DNA of 63,355 nucleotides, filler included, from Kipferlia bialata (lineage: Eukaryota): the NCBI GenBank assembly GCA_003568945.1. It is 4 parts of 4 records of this genome, joined end to end, with 100 filler letters (N's around TTAATTAATTAA, not from the genome) between each part and the next. Parts side by side here need not be neighbours in the genome. Positions count along the whole stretch, not along the records: positions 11,177 to 39,542 come from BDIP01000151.1; 3 more parts are not named here. One strand, written 5' to 3'. Position numbers and translations under genes: made by a program. Below are positions 26,215 to 38,984 of the stretch, piece by piece (positions within the stretch are counted from its first letter, which is position 1; every line of letters begins with the position of its first letter). The notes under the pieces are model-generated. The model ran no database searches, was not told the DNA's origin, and was given only the letters and a program-made list of their open reading frames with translations.

Positions 26215-27560
26215 TCAGTGTGCATCTGTAAACCTCTCAAACAGCTGTGGGTCTAGCTCCAGCACCAGTGTCCTTTCCTCCTGTAACACTAGCATAGTGG
26301 TGGGGTTGAGCATACACGCAGCCAAAACCTCATTTGGAAACGTTAGGGGCTCATGGAGAGTGTAGTCACCAGACACTTGGTCAAACATGTATACGCAGTG
26401 GGTCCTGACATCATCTGCTTCTGCGGTGTCTTGTGTCTCCCATCCAAACAGACATATGTAGGCGCCCATGTTGACCGCTACCTCAAAGCCAATGTGTATT
26501 GACCGGCCAGGAACAAGTGCTTTGTCAGTAAACACTCCATCTGTCAAAGAGGTTTGGCCCCGCAGCGACACTATCCTAGCAAGCGACTCCAAATGAGAGA
26601 GGTCCAATGGGTCAGAACCAAAGAATGTCCCAAGGGAGTTTCCAACGGTGCATATAGCCTTTTTGCAGCCAAACACCGAAGGATCCTCTGTGGGCCATTG
26701 CTGTTTCATGGACACTCTTCTCCAGGTCTCTCCGATGTCTACGTTGTGCATATCCAAACACCAGATATCAAGAGGGAAGCGGTATTGAGGTATAGGGTCA
26801 TTAGTTGGGTTCCCAACGTAGTAGAATCCCCCCAAAACCACAAGTGTCTCATCAACTACCACAGCGCTAAATCTGCGCCTTTGTAGGGGCCCGACAGAGT
26901 CTTGTGTGAACTCTAGGTGTCTGTGTAGCCCAGTGTCCGGGTAGAAGACGTACACGCCCAGTGGTGATGGTCTGTAGTCTCCGTCCTCTCTTGCATGCAT
27001 GCCAATCATTTCTAAATTGGACACCAGCACTGTCTGATTGACATCACTGACAAGAACTGGGATCACCATGGTGTCTGTGTCCACACTTAGTCCCAGTAAC
27101 TGTGCATGTTCAGTGATTGCAAGAGTGGTGGGGTCTACAGTGAACCTGGATTAGGGTTTGAACGAACATCTCTACCAAGAATTCAACGTACTACACGACA
27201 ATGTACACTATGATATTAACACTTTTACACAACATGACAGTGTTCAGAACCTACACGGGAAACAGATAGCTTCAACAACACACAGGAAGACTTCGGGTAA
27301 AGTGACTGTCATACCTCTCAACCCGGCCCTCAAGGTCAGCTGCAAGGATAGTGTTGTGGCAGAATGAGGCAACCGACACGTAACACTTTAACCTTCTACG
27401 CAGCTCTGCTGGGTTATCCAGCTGGATCTCTCTACAGCTGAGGTACCACTTCTTGGGTGTCATAGTGAAGAGTGGATGGGGCACAGAGGGGTTGTACTGT
27501 ATCTCTGGTAGGTATGTGTCGTATATGGTAGCTTGGACTCTGCTACTAGTGTAGTGTGTC
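26215..27560 (-). CDS. Divergent kelch-like beta-propeller protein; main exon includes 26215-27084, upstream exons approximate
   Basis: 289-aa ORF with kelch-type strands (AVVVDETLVVLGG, DIWCLDM..ETWRRV, GAYICLFG, VYMFDQVSGDY). A probable upstream exon lies at about 27372-27560. Confidence 0.6.
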
Positions 27561-28409
27561 TAAAGGGTGAGTGAAAGAGAGAGCAAACAGCGCCCAATAC
27601 GGTTAACATCTGTTGATACCCCAACGTAGAGACCTTCTTTCACAGAGAGAGAGGGTATGTAGTGACCTGAAGATACAGTACAGTAGACACGGGATCGAAT
27701 CTCCCATTGAGGCCTGCAACCTGAGAGGAATCACTGACTGAATAGGTATCTGTTCTCAGCGTGCCTATATGTGCGATTGCTGTTGATACTACCTGGTCCA
27801 GAAGAGATATACTATACGGATAAATGCGCCATACTATGGAAAATATCCCTCCTCTAACCATCGTACCCACATGTATCACAACACATCAGACTATTTATGG
27901 GATACCTCCACAGTGTGGAGTCCACACTCTCTAATGGAGACTCCTTATGCGTTACTAATATCACCGTTGCCCGTGTAACTTAGAGTCTCTAACTTAGAGT
28001 ACTTCCCATGAGTGCGATTATCGCACTGTGGGATACTCCTATCTGCATGAACTTGGGTTATGTACTCACTTTTGTATTGTAGAAATAGACTGTGCTCTTT
28101 CGGTTTCTAGGTGACACTGCTTGATGTAACGGTTATGGTGGATTCCTTACGCTAGTTGACCTCCCTTTCTTAAGTTCAGGATATAGTTACTATATCATTT
28201 AGTAGTATAAAGAATGAGCACTCCCGCAATGTAAAGTAGAACATATATCATGCTGCCCCGTTTTTCTCTATCAGAAAATCTGAACAATGCTATCGCTATC
28301 GGTATCAGACATCACACAACCAATAGATATTGACATATATATTACGACATCTCTCTCCCACAACCGAACCAGTCTCACACACTCCACCTATACACTTTCG
28401 CGGTATCAG

Positions 28410-28615
28410 AGACATACTTCCGCACCCCCACCCACCCAACCTGTCTACAGCGTCCACCCTATACTCAAGTCTCTGCATGTACCATCCACCTTCTACAGCT
28501 TGTGAGTTACAGGGACATACTTCCTCACCCCCTCCCAACCAATCTACACTGTAGACTAGCGTCCAACCTGCAATACTCCAATGTATGTCCACCCTCTACA
28601 GCTTGAATGGTGTCC
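28410..28615. repeat. Degenerate tandem duplication of about 100 bp (intergenic)
   Basis: gacatacttcc..cacccc..cccaacc..tctaca..agcgtcca..atactc..tccacc.tctacagcttg occurs twice. Confidence 0.6.
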
Positions 28616-28906
28616 CATGGGTAGCCCGAGACACACTTGGATGAGAGAGAAGTATATACAGATAAGTCCATAGTCATATACATATACGAGTAGAGAGACA
28701 CCTACATAGTATACACAATGGACTCGCCATCCGAGATAGACACAAACACCACACTGCATATACCAATATTCCCACACATACGTCTGTATACATTGAGAAA
28801 CACATTGTATTTAAACAATGTATATACTGAGAAGCTCAGCATCAATAGTAGTGAACACCAATGTGTATATACATCAATGTGATACTAGTACTATGCTTAC
28901 CTCCAC

Positions 28907-29582
28907 CTAGGTGTCCCCTGGCTCATCCGCCTGCCACCTGGGTATGAGAAGAGATTCTGTCAATACAGTAAAGCAGTCATATGGCACTCTCAGACACAAG
29001 CCGCAATAGGGAATACGAAGGAGTATATAGTTAAGGATATGGGTGATTACACAGTGAGGTCTACACTCACCCTGGCTCATGCCGCCCTGACACATCACTC
29101 TCTGTCTGCCTCTCACCCTCGTGAGAAGGCTGTCCAGTCTGTCCCTGGTGTCACCCTAGGGTGAGTGTAGGGCCATTGAAATAGAATATATATACATTAC
29201 ATAGATACACTACACCGTTATAGGAGGCTGTCCAGTCTGTCCCTGGTCACACACTGAGGTGAGCATAGGGTTAGTATATATATATATATATATATTAATA
29301 TACATATTAATTACACACAAACACTACACGAATATCGTGGTCTCACGCTGGGGTGAGTATAGGAGAATAAATATATGTATATACATATATATATATATAT
29401 ATATTCATATTACACAAGTACACTTCACCGCTATCCCTGGTCTCACATTGGAGTGAATATAGGGACAATGTATATATATACACTAATATATGTATATATA
29501 TATATTAATTACACAGATACACTATACCACTATCCCGGGTCTCACGCTGGGGTGAGTATAGGGCCAATATTTATATATATAT

Positions 29583-29615
<33 letters not shown>

Positions 29616-30951
29616 CATATTACATAGATACACTATACCACTATCCAGGGTCTCACGCTGGGGTGAGTATAAAGAGCACAGTGACACAAAACCCAATTGA
29701 TGACATGTATAGTAAGTGATACACATACACTATAACATACACTATCTACAGTATATACATGTACAATTCTATATGTACAATTGTATATATAATAATATAT
29801 GTATGTGTGTGTATCACTCACCAGCTGCTGAGCGTAGTCTCTGGCACCCTGGCCAAGGCGTGTCCCACAGAGGTGTGTGCCACTCCCACAGAGAGATAGA
29901 AGGTCCTCTAGCTGCTGGACCCACCCAGCAATGTAGACTGGGGGTGAGGTGTATACATATATATATATATATATATTAATTGTTGTATAATAGCATAATA
30001 GTATGGGTGTCGGTTAACTATATACATAATAATAGCACTCACCCTCAGTGCACTGCAGTGTGTCCACATCATAATGTATGTATCATAATGTATATATCAT
30101 AATGTATATAGTAGCACGGCTCACAGGTATGTATGTGTATGTATAATGCATATAGCATGAATTAGTATTAGTAACACCCTTACCCTCAGTGCACTGCACA
30201 GTGTCTATAGACCCAAGCTCCTGTAGGAGGACTCTCGTGTGTGTAGAATATATATATACATATATATATATATGTCACGACTACAAATTGTAGTACACAT
30301 ACCCTCAGTGCACTGCAGAGTGTCTATAGCATATTGCATTTAATATCACTTCCATGTTTGTAGAATATATATATAGTAGTTCGATGCTATATATATACAT
30401 CACACTCACCCTCAGTGCACTGTATGGTGTCTATAGACCCAAGCTCCTGTAGGAGGACCACTCTCTGCAGATAGTCTGGTATGTGTGAGAGGGACTGGAG
30501 GTGGGCGAGGCCGGCCTGTGCTCTGGCAGCCACTGGGGGTGAGAATAGTAATTATGTGTATAAATACTACACGCTATGTGTATATATATATATTCATATT
30601 AAGATTGACGAATCGTGACGCATGTATGTGTACATGTGTGTGAATCTATACACTATGTACAAGTGTGATAGAATGTATACTTACTACTCACCATATGAAT
30701 ACATACATACATATAGACATACATATATACATGCGTGTTGAAAAGCATGGTATGTACGAATTCATACACACTCACCGATGTCCTTCATGGTGGCAGGGTC
30801 AGAAGAGGGCCTGGAGTGAGTAACACATTACCCACATATATATACACACACAGGGTACACATGTACCTGTGAGAGGCAAGAGATTATGGAGCAAAGAGAG
30901 CGGTGTGGACACGATCATATACCACCGCTCCCATACAAGGAAAGCATTGTG

Positions 30952-30988
<37 letters not shown>

Positions 30989-32117
30989 ACATAAGTATGT
31001 AAAAGAGAAACAGTGGTATAGAGTGGTGGTGGTGCACATATGGTGTGTACATATATATATATATAGTATACCTGATGATATATAGAACTACATATATAGT
31101 ATATATATAGTATCTATACTTATATAGTATGGTATACCTGATGACAGGAGCAGGTAGTGCACATATGATAAAACATATATATAGTATAGTATACTGTATG
31201 ATATATATAACTACACATATAGTATATATATATAGTATATATACTTATATAATATACATAGAACATATATATAGTATACCTGATGACAGGAGCAGGGAGT
31301 GCAGTGTGTATCATGGCTCTGTACACCCTCCCAGTCCGTCTCACACTCTCTCTGGACGTTAAGACAGTGTGTAAACAGTGAATATACATAAAGACAAAGA
31401 TACATGTCTCACTGGTGGTTATAGTTTTCTCTCTCTCTGGTGTTAAGACAATGCATGTACAATGCCAGAACACAGAGACACACACAAAACATGTTTCACC
31501 GTTGGTTAGAAAACAATAATATATATATACATTATACATATACATACATACATTTATATATATATATACCCCACCTCCTCCTGGAGATTGGCCAGTATCA
31601 GTTTATCAGGTATATGTGTATATATATACATACATGTACATATATATGCCCCACCTCCTCCTGTAGATTGGTCCCCGAGTGGGAGTGGTGGGAGAGTGGG
31701 ATGGAATGACCACACTGCTGCGGAGTCGGGAGGAGCATGTCAGGTCTCTTCCTGATGTAAGACAACATTGTAGTAACTGGTCATGAATAAAACTAATGTA
31801 TTATACACACATGTATTATACACACGCCCCCTCACTGTCAAGTCTCTACCTTGGATAAGAAAGAAGTATATACTTATGAAGTGGTGGAGAGAGAGACCGG
31901 GATATAGAGAGAAACCAGATCGAGTTGTAAGGAGAAATCACCGTGACTGTTAATAGTGTTGTGCCTTACAAGAACAGCGGCTCTAGAACTGGTACCAACA
32001 CTGCAAGTATATATAGAGTATCACACTCATATATATAGTACCGTACCCCTTTCCACTCGCATGGCAAGTGCCTCCTCTGCCTTGGACAGACCAGTGCTGG
32101 AGTGAGATAGTGTTATC

Positions 32118-32152
<35 letters not shown>

Positions 32153-35100
32153 ATATATATATATATATCTGTGTTGAATGTAGCAAGTGCCTCCTCTGCC
32201 TTGGACAGGCCAGTGCTACAGTGAGATAGTGCATCTACATATATATACATACACATATATATATATAAACACACACACATATATATACACACACACACAT
32301 GTATATATATATATATATATGACAGGTATATATCAAGTGCTTACGCTGCCTTGGACAGGCCAGAGCTAGGGTAAGAAAGGTAATGTATATAGATACATAT
32401 ACATATATGTATATAGTGACACAACGTATACTTATGCATACATATACAGTGACATATATAAGTATTCGAATGTGGTATGTAATCAGTGTACTATTACTGG
32501 AGTCAGAGAGGATGTAACTACATACACTTACACTAGTATGTAGGAGTAATAATAGTACGGAGGTTATCATATGTCTGTACTGGAGTGAGCGCAAGTGGGA
32601 TGTATATATGTGTATATGTAAGGATTATGTCCAGTAAATAGACATGACAATAGGTGTCTATGTACCTCACTATGAAGCTGTGCTTCTGGGAGAAGAACCT
32701 CTGCGATTGGGGAGACCCCTTAGTAGGGGTGGACCTCTCTCTCTCCCTCACCATCTTGAAGCGGCCCATGGTGTCCTGAAGAGAGGGTGTACCCGGAGAG
32801 TACCTGTCGTCAGGTAGAACACATACTATTGTCATTATTACTATACACATATGTATACTGTATCATTATCAGTGTAATATGTATATGCGACAATGAAAGA
32901 GAGTGTACCGGAGAAATACCTATAGTTAGCACGAGGGTACAATGAGAGATATAGTAGTGGAGAAACATATATAGAGAGAGGGAGAGAGCGAGAGATGAGA
33001 CGTACATGGGAAGTCACGGTATCTAGAGATATGTATCTGAATGTAGTGGTAACATGTGATTGGGGAAGAGAGTTGGATGAATTAGGCAGCTACACACAGA
33101 CACACACAGACACACATATATACATATATACTATATCATACATGGTAAGGAACATATGTATATATGGTATTGGGCTACACGTAGTCATGTACATATATAT
33201 ATAGTGGTACCTAGCCATTGTCTGACTGATCACAGACACTCACACACACACATATATATATACTATATCATGAAAAGTAAGGAACAACTCTATATATGGT
33301 ATTGAGCGTCAAGTAACATAGTAGTGTATATATATATAGAGAGAGTGATACCTGGCCATTGTCTGACTGATGGTCTCCACTGTCTCTCTCCCCCTCTCTC
33401 TGCCCCTCTCTCTCCCTCTCACTTCCACATAACGAACAGGGGGAAAACTGCATGTTAATATGGTGAAAACAGAGACGTAGTGGCGAGGGTATAACTGTAT
33501 GATAGTATGTGTAAAGACAGACATACCAACAGGAGAACATGCAAGAGACGATAGTACAGGAGATACAACGGGATATTGATATATTGCATAGCCTGGAGTG
33601 AAACAGACAGAGAGAGAGATATATCTGTCAACGATTGCTAAGTAAGAGCATACATATACTGTATCCCCCTGGTATATAAGGAGAGAACTTATATGATAGA
33701 GAAGCAACACCTCGACGTAGCATATATATATATATATATATGTATATAATTACATATATATTGCTCCCTCGTACATATAGCAGAGAGAGCCGGAAGATGA
33801 GGAAGGCAGAGAATATTAGATAGACAGCTGTACCTGAGATCTCCCTGTGAGCGCAAAATCTCTGTATCCCTCTTGTACTGTGCCATCACTTCCCGCCCTA
33901 TTGCAATGACATCGCCGTGGGACAGCCTTCGCTTCATGGGGAATCCTGGGGAATCCTGGGGAATCCTGGGGAATCCTGGGGACAGCCTTCTCTTCCCGGG
34001 GGACACGACTGTCGGCGTCTCTCTCCTTGACTGACCTGACGTTAGACATTAATATATACATATAGATATATGTATATAGATACGGGCATGTACATGTTGT
34101 GTGGATATGTATATACATAAATATATATATATATATATATATATGTCGGATGTATATACATGACTGTTGGTGTCTCTCTCCTTGCACCTGACGTCAGATA
34201 CACCTGTGTAGCATCTACACATATATCCTAGTTACACATATGAATGTATATACAAATGGGACAAATATGTATAGCAGGAACTTCCATGTTCAGATACACA
34301 CAACGTGAGTACACACATCTCCCCACCTGGTGGCTGCTTCCCGGTGCCTGTCAGGGTAGAAGGGGTCTCATTGAGCCTGAGAGTCAGTCGGAGTAGGGGG
34401 GGGTACGCTACACGAGGAGATACATAGGGAGAGGGAGATGGAGAGAGTGTCTGGGTAACGGGGGCGGAGGGGGGCGGAGGGGGGGGGGGGGGGGGGAAAA
34501 AAGGGAAAAAAAGAAAAAAAAAAAAAAGAGGGGGGGGGGGGGGGGGAAACAATCTTCTTGTAGACCCTAGCATGAGTATACAGCAGTATCTATATAGTAT
34601 TCAAAATAGCAGTATACTATATACATATATACTAAACATTATAACTATGAGTATGCATACTGATATACCTTAATTTTGAAGTACTGTATGTACATCTGGG
34701 ATACATATTGTATATATACTGATACCACTATGTTCTATGCTATATATATATAGTGTATATATATAGTATATATAGTATATATAGTATATATACTATCTGC
34801 TATACCTTGTGAAGCACTGTGTGTACATCTGGGGCTGTCTGACCTTGACCATGGCTAGCAGGGTGCCTGTAATTAGAGAGAGAGAGAGAGAGAGGGAGGG
34901 AGAGAGAGAAAGGTATGCCTTGAACATGGCTAGCAGGGTGCCTGGGGTGAAATATATACATACACACTCACACTCACACATATGAATATAAATATATACG
35001 GAGACAGAGAGAGAGGGAGAGAGATGCCTTGACCATGGCTAGAAGGGTGCCCAATGAGAGAGAGAGAGAGAGAGAGAGGAAGAGGTCAAGAGATGGTACG

Positions 35101-35965
35101 AGCATATATAATAATATACCCAAATGCATAGAGTAGATATCCATGCATATGCATACCTAGCTCGTGCATGTGGTATGATCACACACACACATATGTATAT
35201 ATAGGAGATATCCATGTATATGCATACCTAGCTCGTGCATGTGGTGCGAGCCAATATATATACACACATATATTATTAGAGTAGATATCCATGTATATCC
35301 GTACCTAGCTCGTGCATGTGGTGGGGGGCTGCCTCCATGTCACACAGACACCTGAGGGTGAGGGGTAGACAATAGATATGTGTATATATATATATATATA
35401 TACATATAGATTGATAGATAGGTAGATACTACCACTGGTACTATACAGCCTCCATGTCACACAGACACCTGGGGGTGAGGGGCAGACAATAGATTAATTA
35501 TAATACAACGAATATATGCGTGTACTACTACTAGTACCCTACCTATCAACGAGGTCGTCTGACTGCACAGCACAGCAGAAAGAGTATACAAATATATATA
35601 AATATATATGAATACATATATACTATATATACTATAGTATAGTATACTATGTATGTACTCCTATCAATCAGGTAGTCTATCATCTGCCGTGACTGCACTG
35701 CCATGCACAGCACATATACATATATATATACATACATATATACAATACTATATATATAATGTATGGTATATGATACATACCTATCTATGAGGTCATCGAT
35801 CATCTGCCGTGACTGCACTGCCATGCACAGCACAGCAGACAGGGAACGCCTTGAACGGCCTGGCTATGAGGGGAAGACACACACACACACACGCATATAA
35901 AAATATATATGGATAGACACTGACAGGGAACGGCGGGAACGGCCTGGATATGAGGGGGATATATG

Positions 35966-35996
<31 letters not shown>

Positions 35997-37162
35997 ATGT
36001 ATGTATAGGTACTGATACAGACAGGGAGCGGCGGGAGCGGCCTGGATATGAGGGGAAGATGTATATATAAATGCATAGATACTGACAGGGAACGGCGGGA
36101 GCGGCCTGGAGGTGAGAAGCAGAAGTAGATAGATAGATATATATGTATATATATATATATGAATCAGTATGTATCAGTATGTGTATCAGTATGTATTTAT
36201 ATATACCTGACGCTGTACTTAGGGCAGATGACATGGCCCCCAGGATGTGCTTCTCCCAACATATATACACTATTACACTATATAGTATATTTATATAATA
36301 AGTATATATATATATATAATAAATATATAATAGGTATATATCCACCTGATGCAGTACTTAGGGCAGATGGCATGGCCCCCAGGATGTGCTTCTCACCCAT
36401 ATATATATATATATATATATCCATATATACACTATAATATATATATATATATATATTACCACTATGAGTATATCTATATATCACTATACCTGACGCTGTG
36501 CTCAATGCCGATGGCATGGCCCCCAGGATGTGCTTCTCCCCCACATCCCGCCTGACCTTCTGGGCAGAGGACAGGAACACAACCTGGGGTTAGAAACATA
36601 CATATATGCATATATATATGTAATATTGTTAACACTGATGTAATATTTTAGAGTGTTGATCGAAAGTAGTGAATCTGGGCAGAGGACAGAAACACAACCA
36701 AGAGGGTAAGATACACATTAGGGTATTTATATGTATACATATGCATATGTATACAAGTATATATGACTCCAAGTATATATGCATTGATGGCATTTGGACA
36801 GAGGACAGAAACACAACCTGGAGACTGGTATACCTGGAGTTAGGTAGATGTACATACATTATCTGATATGACAACACAAGCATATACGCATGTAAAGCAC
36901 TTGGACAGAGGACAATACAACCACCCATACCTTCTCTGCCTTGCCGAGTGTCCTCTTGCACTTGGAGTGGTACCGTCTATCTATATATATATCTATATAT
37001 ATCTGTATACATATATATATATATATATATGTATGTATCTATACACACCTTCTCTGCCTTGCCGAGTGTCCTCTTGCACTTGGAGTGCAGCAGAATGACG
37101 TTGTCGTTGTCCCGCTGGGCATCAGTACAGAGAGACTAGTATATATGCATACACTAGACTTG

Positions 37163-37199
<37 letters not shown>

Positions 37200-38868
37200 G
37201 TAGCAGGATGACACTGTCACTATTACTACCTGCAGTGCCTGGTTGCACTATACAATATATATATAAATATATGTATCTACCTGCAGTGCCTGGTTGTCCT
37301 ATATAATATATATATATATATATATACATGTACATATATATATTTGTATCTACCTGCAGTGCCTGGTTGTCTGGGTCCAGCTTGGCTGCGGCATCCAGCT
37401 GGATGAGGACATGGGACGTGGCCTGGGTGAGTATATACATGTACAGGGAGAGGGGGGGGAGGAGAGAGAGAGAGAGAGAGAGAGAGAGGATCAGGACATG
37501 GGAGGTGTCTTGGGTCAGAGTACAAAATACATACAAGAAAGTAAGAGAGACAGATGGTGTTGATATACTATACTGATACAGACACATACATATATATGCA
37601 TTCACATACGTTGATTGCCCTGTGGAGGTGTCCGAATATCAGTGTATATACCTCAGACTATATAGTATATATATATCTATATATCTATATAATAGTATGC
37701 ATTCACATACGTTGATTGCCCTGTGGAGGTGCCCGAATATCCTTCTGACACTCAGCTGGTCTAGACAGAAGTATATATGTATATATATATACATACATAT
37801 ATAAACTATTACTTACATTGATAGCCCTGTGCAGGTGTCCGAATATCCTTCTGACACTCAGCTGGTCTGGGAGGGAAGAGGGGAACAGGGTCTTCTTCTT
37901 GAGAGGGGACTGGAGGTGAGTCATATAGTCAATGGTTATACTCAATATAATAGTCAATTACATATTATCACTTAATACCAGTTCTTCTTGCGAGGGGGTG
38001 AGACATAGCCAATAGATTCATTCATATTCATAATGCCATACAATGCATACATGCTCACATGTCAATAGATATCTCTATACACATCCCACCTCCCCAGCCA
38101 CTGTGTCCAGGCCAGACAATCCATCTCTCTCTGTCTCTATATATATATATGTGTATATGTAGTAATGTATCTATATACATATACCTCCCCAGCCACTGTG
38201 TCCAGGCCAGACAGACACTCGGTCAGAGCGAGGAAGGCACTCAGGATCCTAGAGGGTTAGGAGACGTATATTTATACATGTACCACTATATATATATATA
38301 TATATATATGATGTACTATAGACATATATATGCTGTGTCAGAGCAAGGAAGGCACTCAGGATCCTAGAGGGTGAGGGTGAGGGTGAAGGAATATTAATGT
38401 ATATAAATACTTATGTAATATACCTTGCCACTAGTTTGTGTGTAGGCAGCTATTCTACTATACACATTATATACCTAGCCACCAGTCTATGTGTGGGTAG
38501 TTCCTTGGCCATCTCCACCAGTGCCAGGATGACTGGGAGGAGGGTGACATCGGTGTTCTTGGTGTGGAGGAGGCATACAGTGGCCCTGAAGACAGCCCTA
38601 GAGTTTAGGTATATGCTAGTATATACTAGTATATATATATAGAGAGAGCTAGAGAGAGAGAGACTGGTACATGAGGCATACAGTGGCCCCGAACTGCTCT
38701 GGGGGGCATGGTACGCAATAGTACACTAATAGTATACACACATATATATACATATACTATACCTACTGCTCTTTGCCAGCCTGGGTATGTCCATGACATC
38801 TGACTGGGGCATCACATTGCCCCTCATCTTACCAAAGCACACCACAAACTGGGTGCGAAACCTAGGTC

Positions 38869-38900
<32 letters not shown>

Positions 38901-38942
38901 CACACCACAAACTGGGTAGGGAACCTGATAGTAAGCGTGTAG

Positions 38943-38984
<42 letters not shown>

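Noticed and set aside
32335..32370. Idea that all echoes are currently translated, mutually exclusive exons
   Set aside because: Echoes have only one splice site and run into stop-rich spacers. This one contains an in-frame TAA (gca gcg taa), and the one at about 60382-60422 has a frameshift.
34463..34550. Mixed poly-G/poly-A tract (similar tracts at 40925-40993, 11028-11076, 59657-59692 and the window ends)
   Set aside because: Long G/C homopolymers in introns coincide with contig breaks. Their lengths and adjacent bases are probably unreliable, so no G-quadruplex or poly-Pro claim is made.
29259..38642. Many short Tyr/Ile-rich ORFs (YIYIYI) on both strands
   Set aside because: Translations of (TA)n microsatellites.
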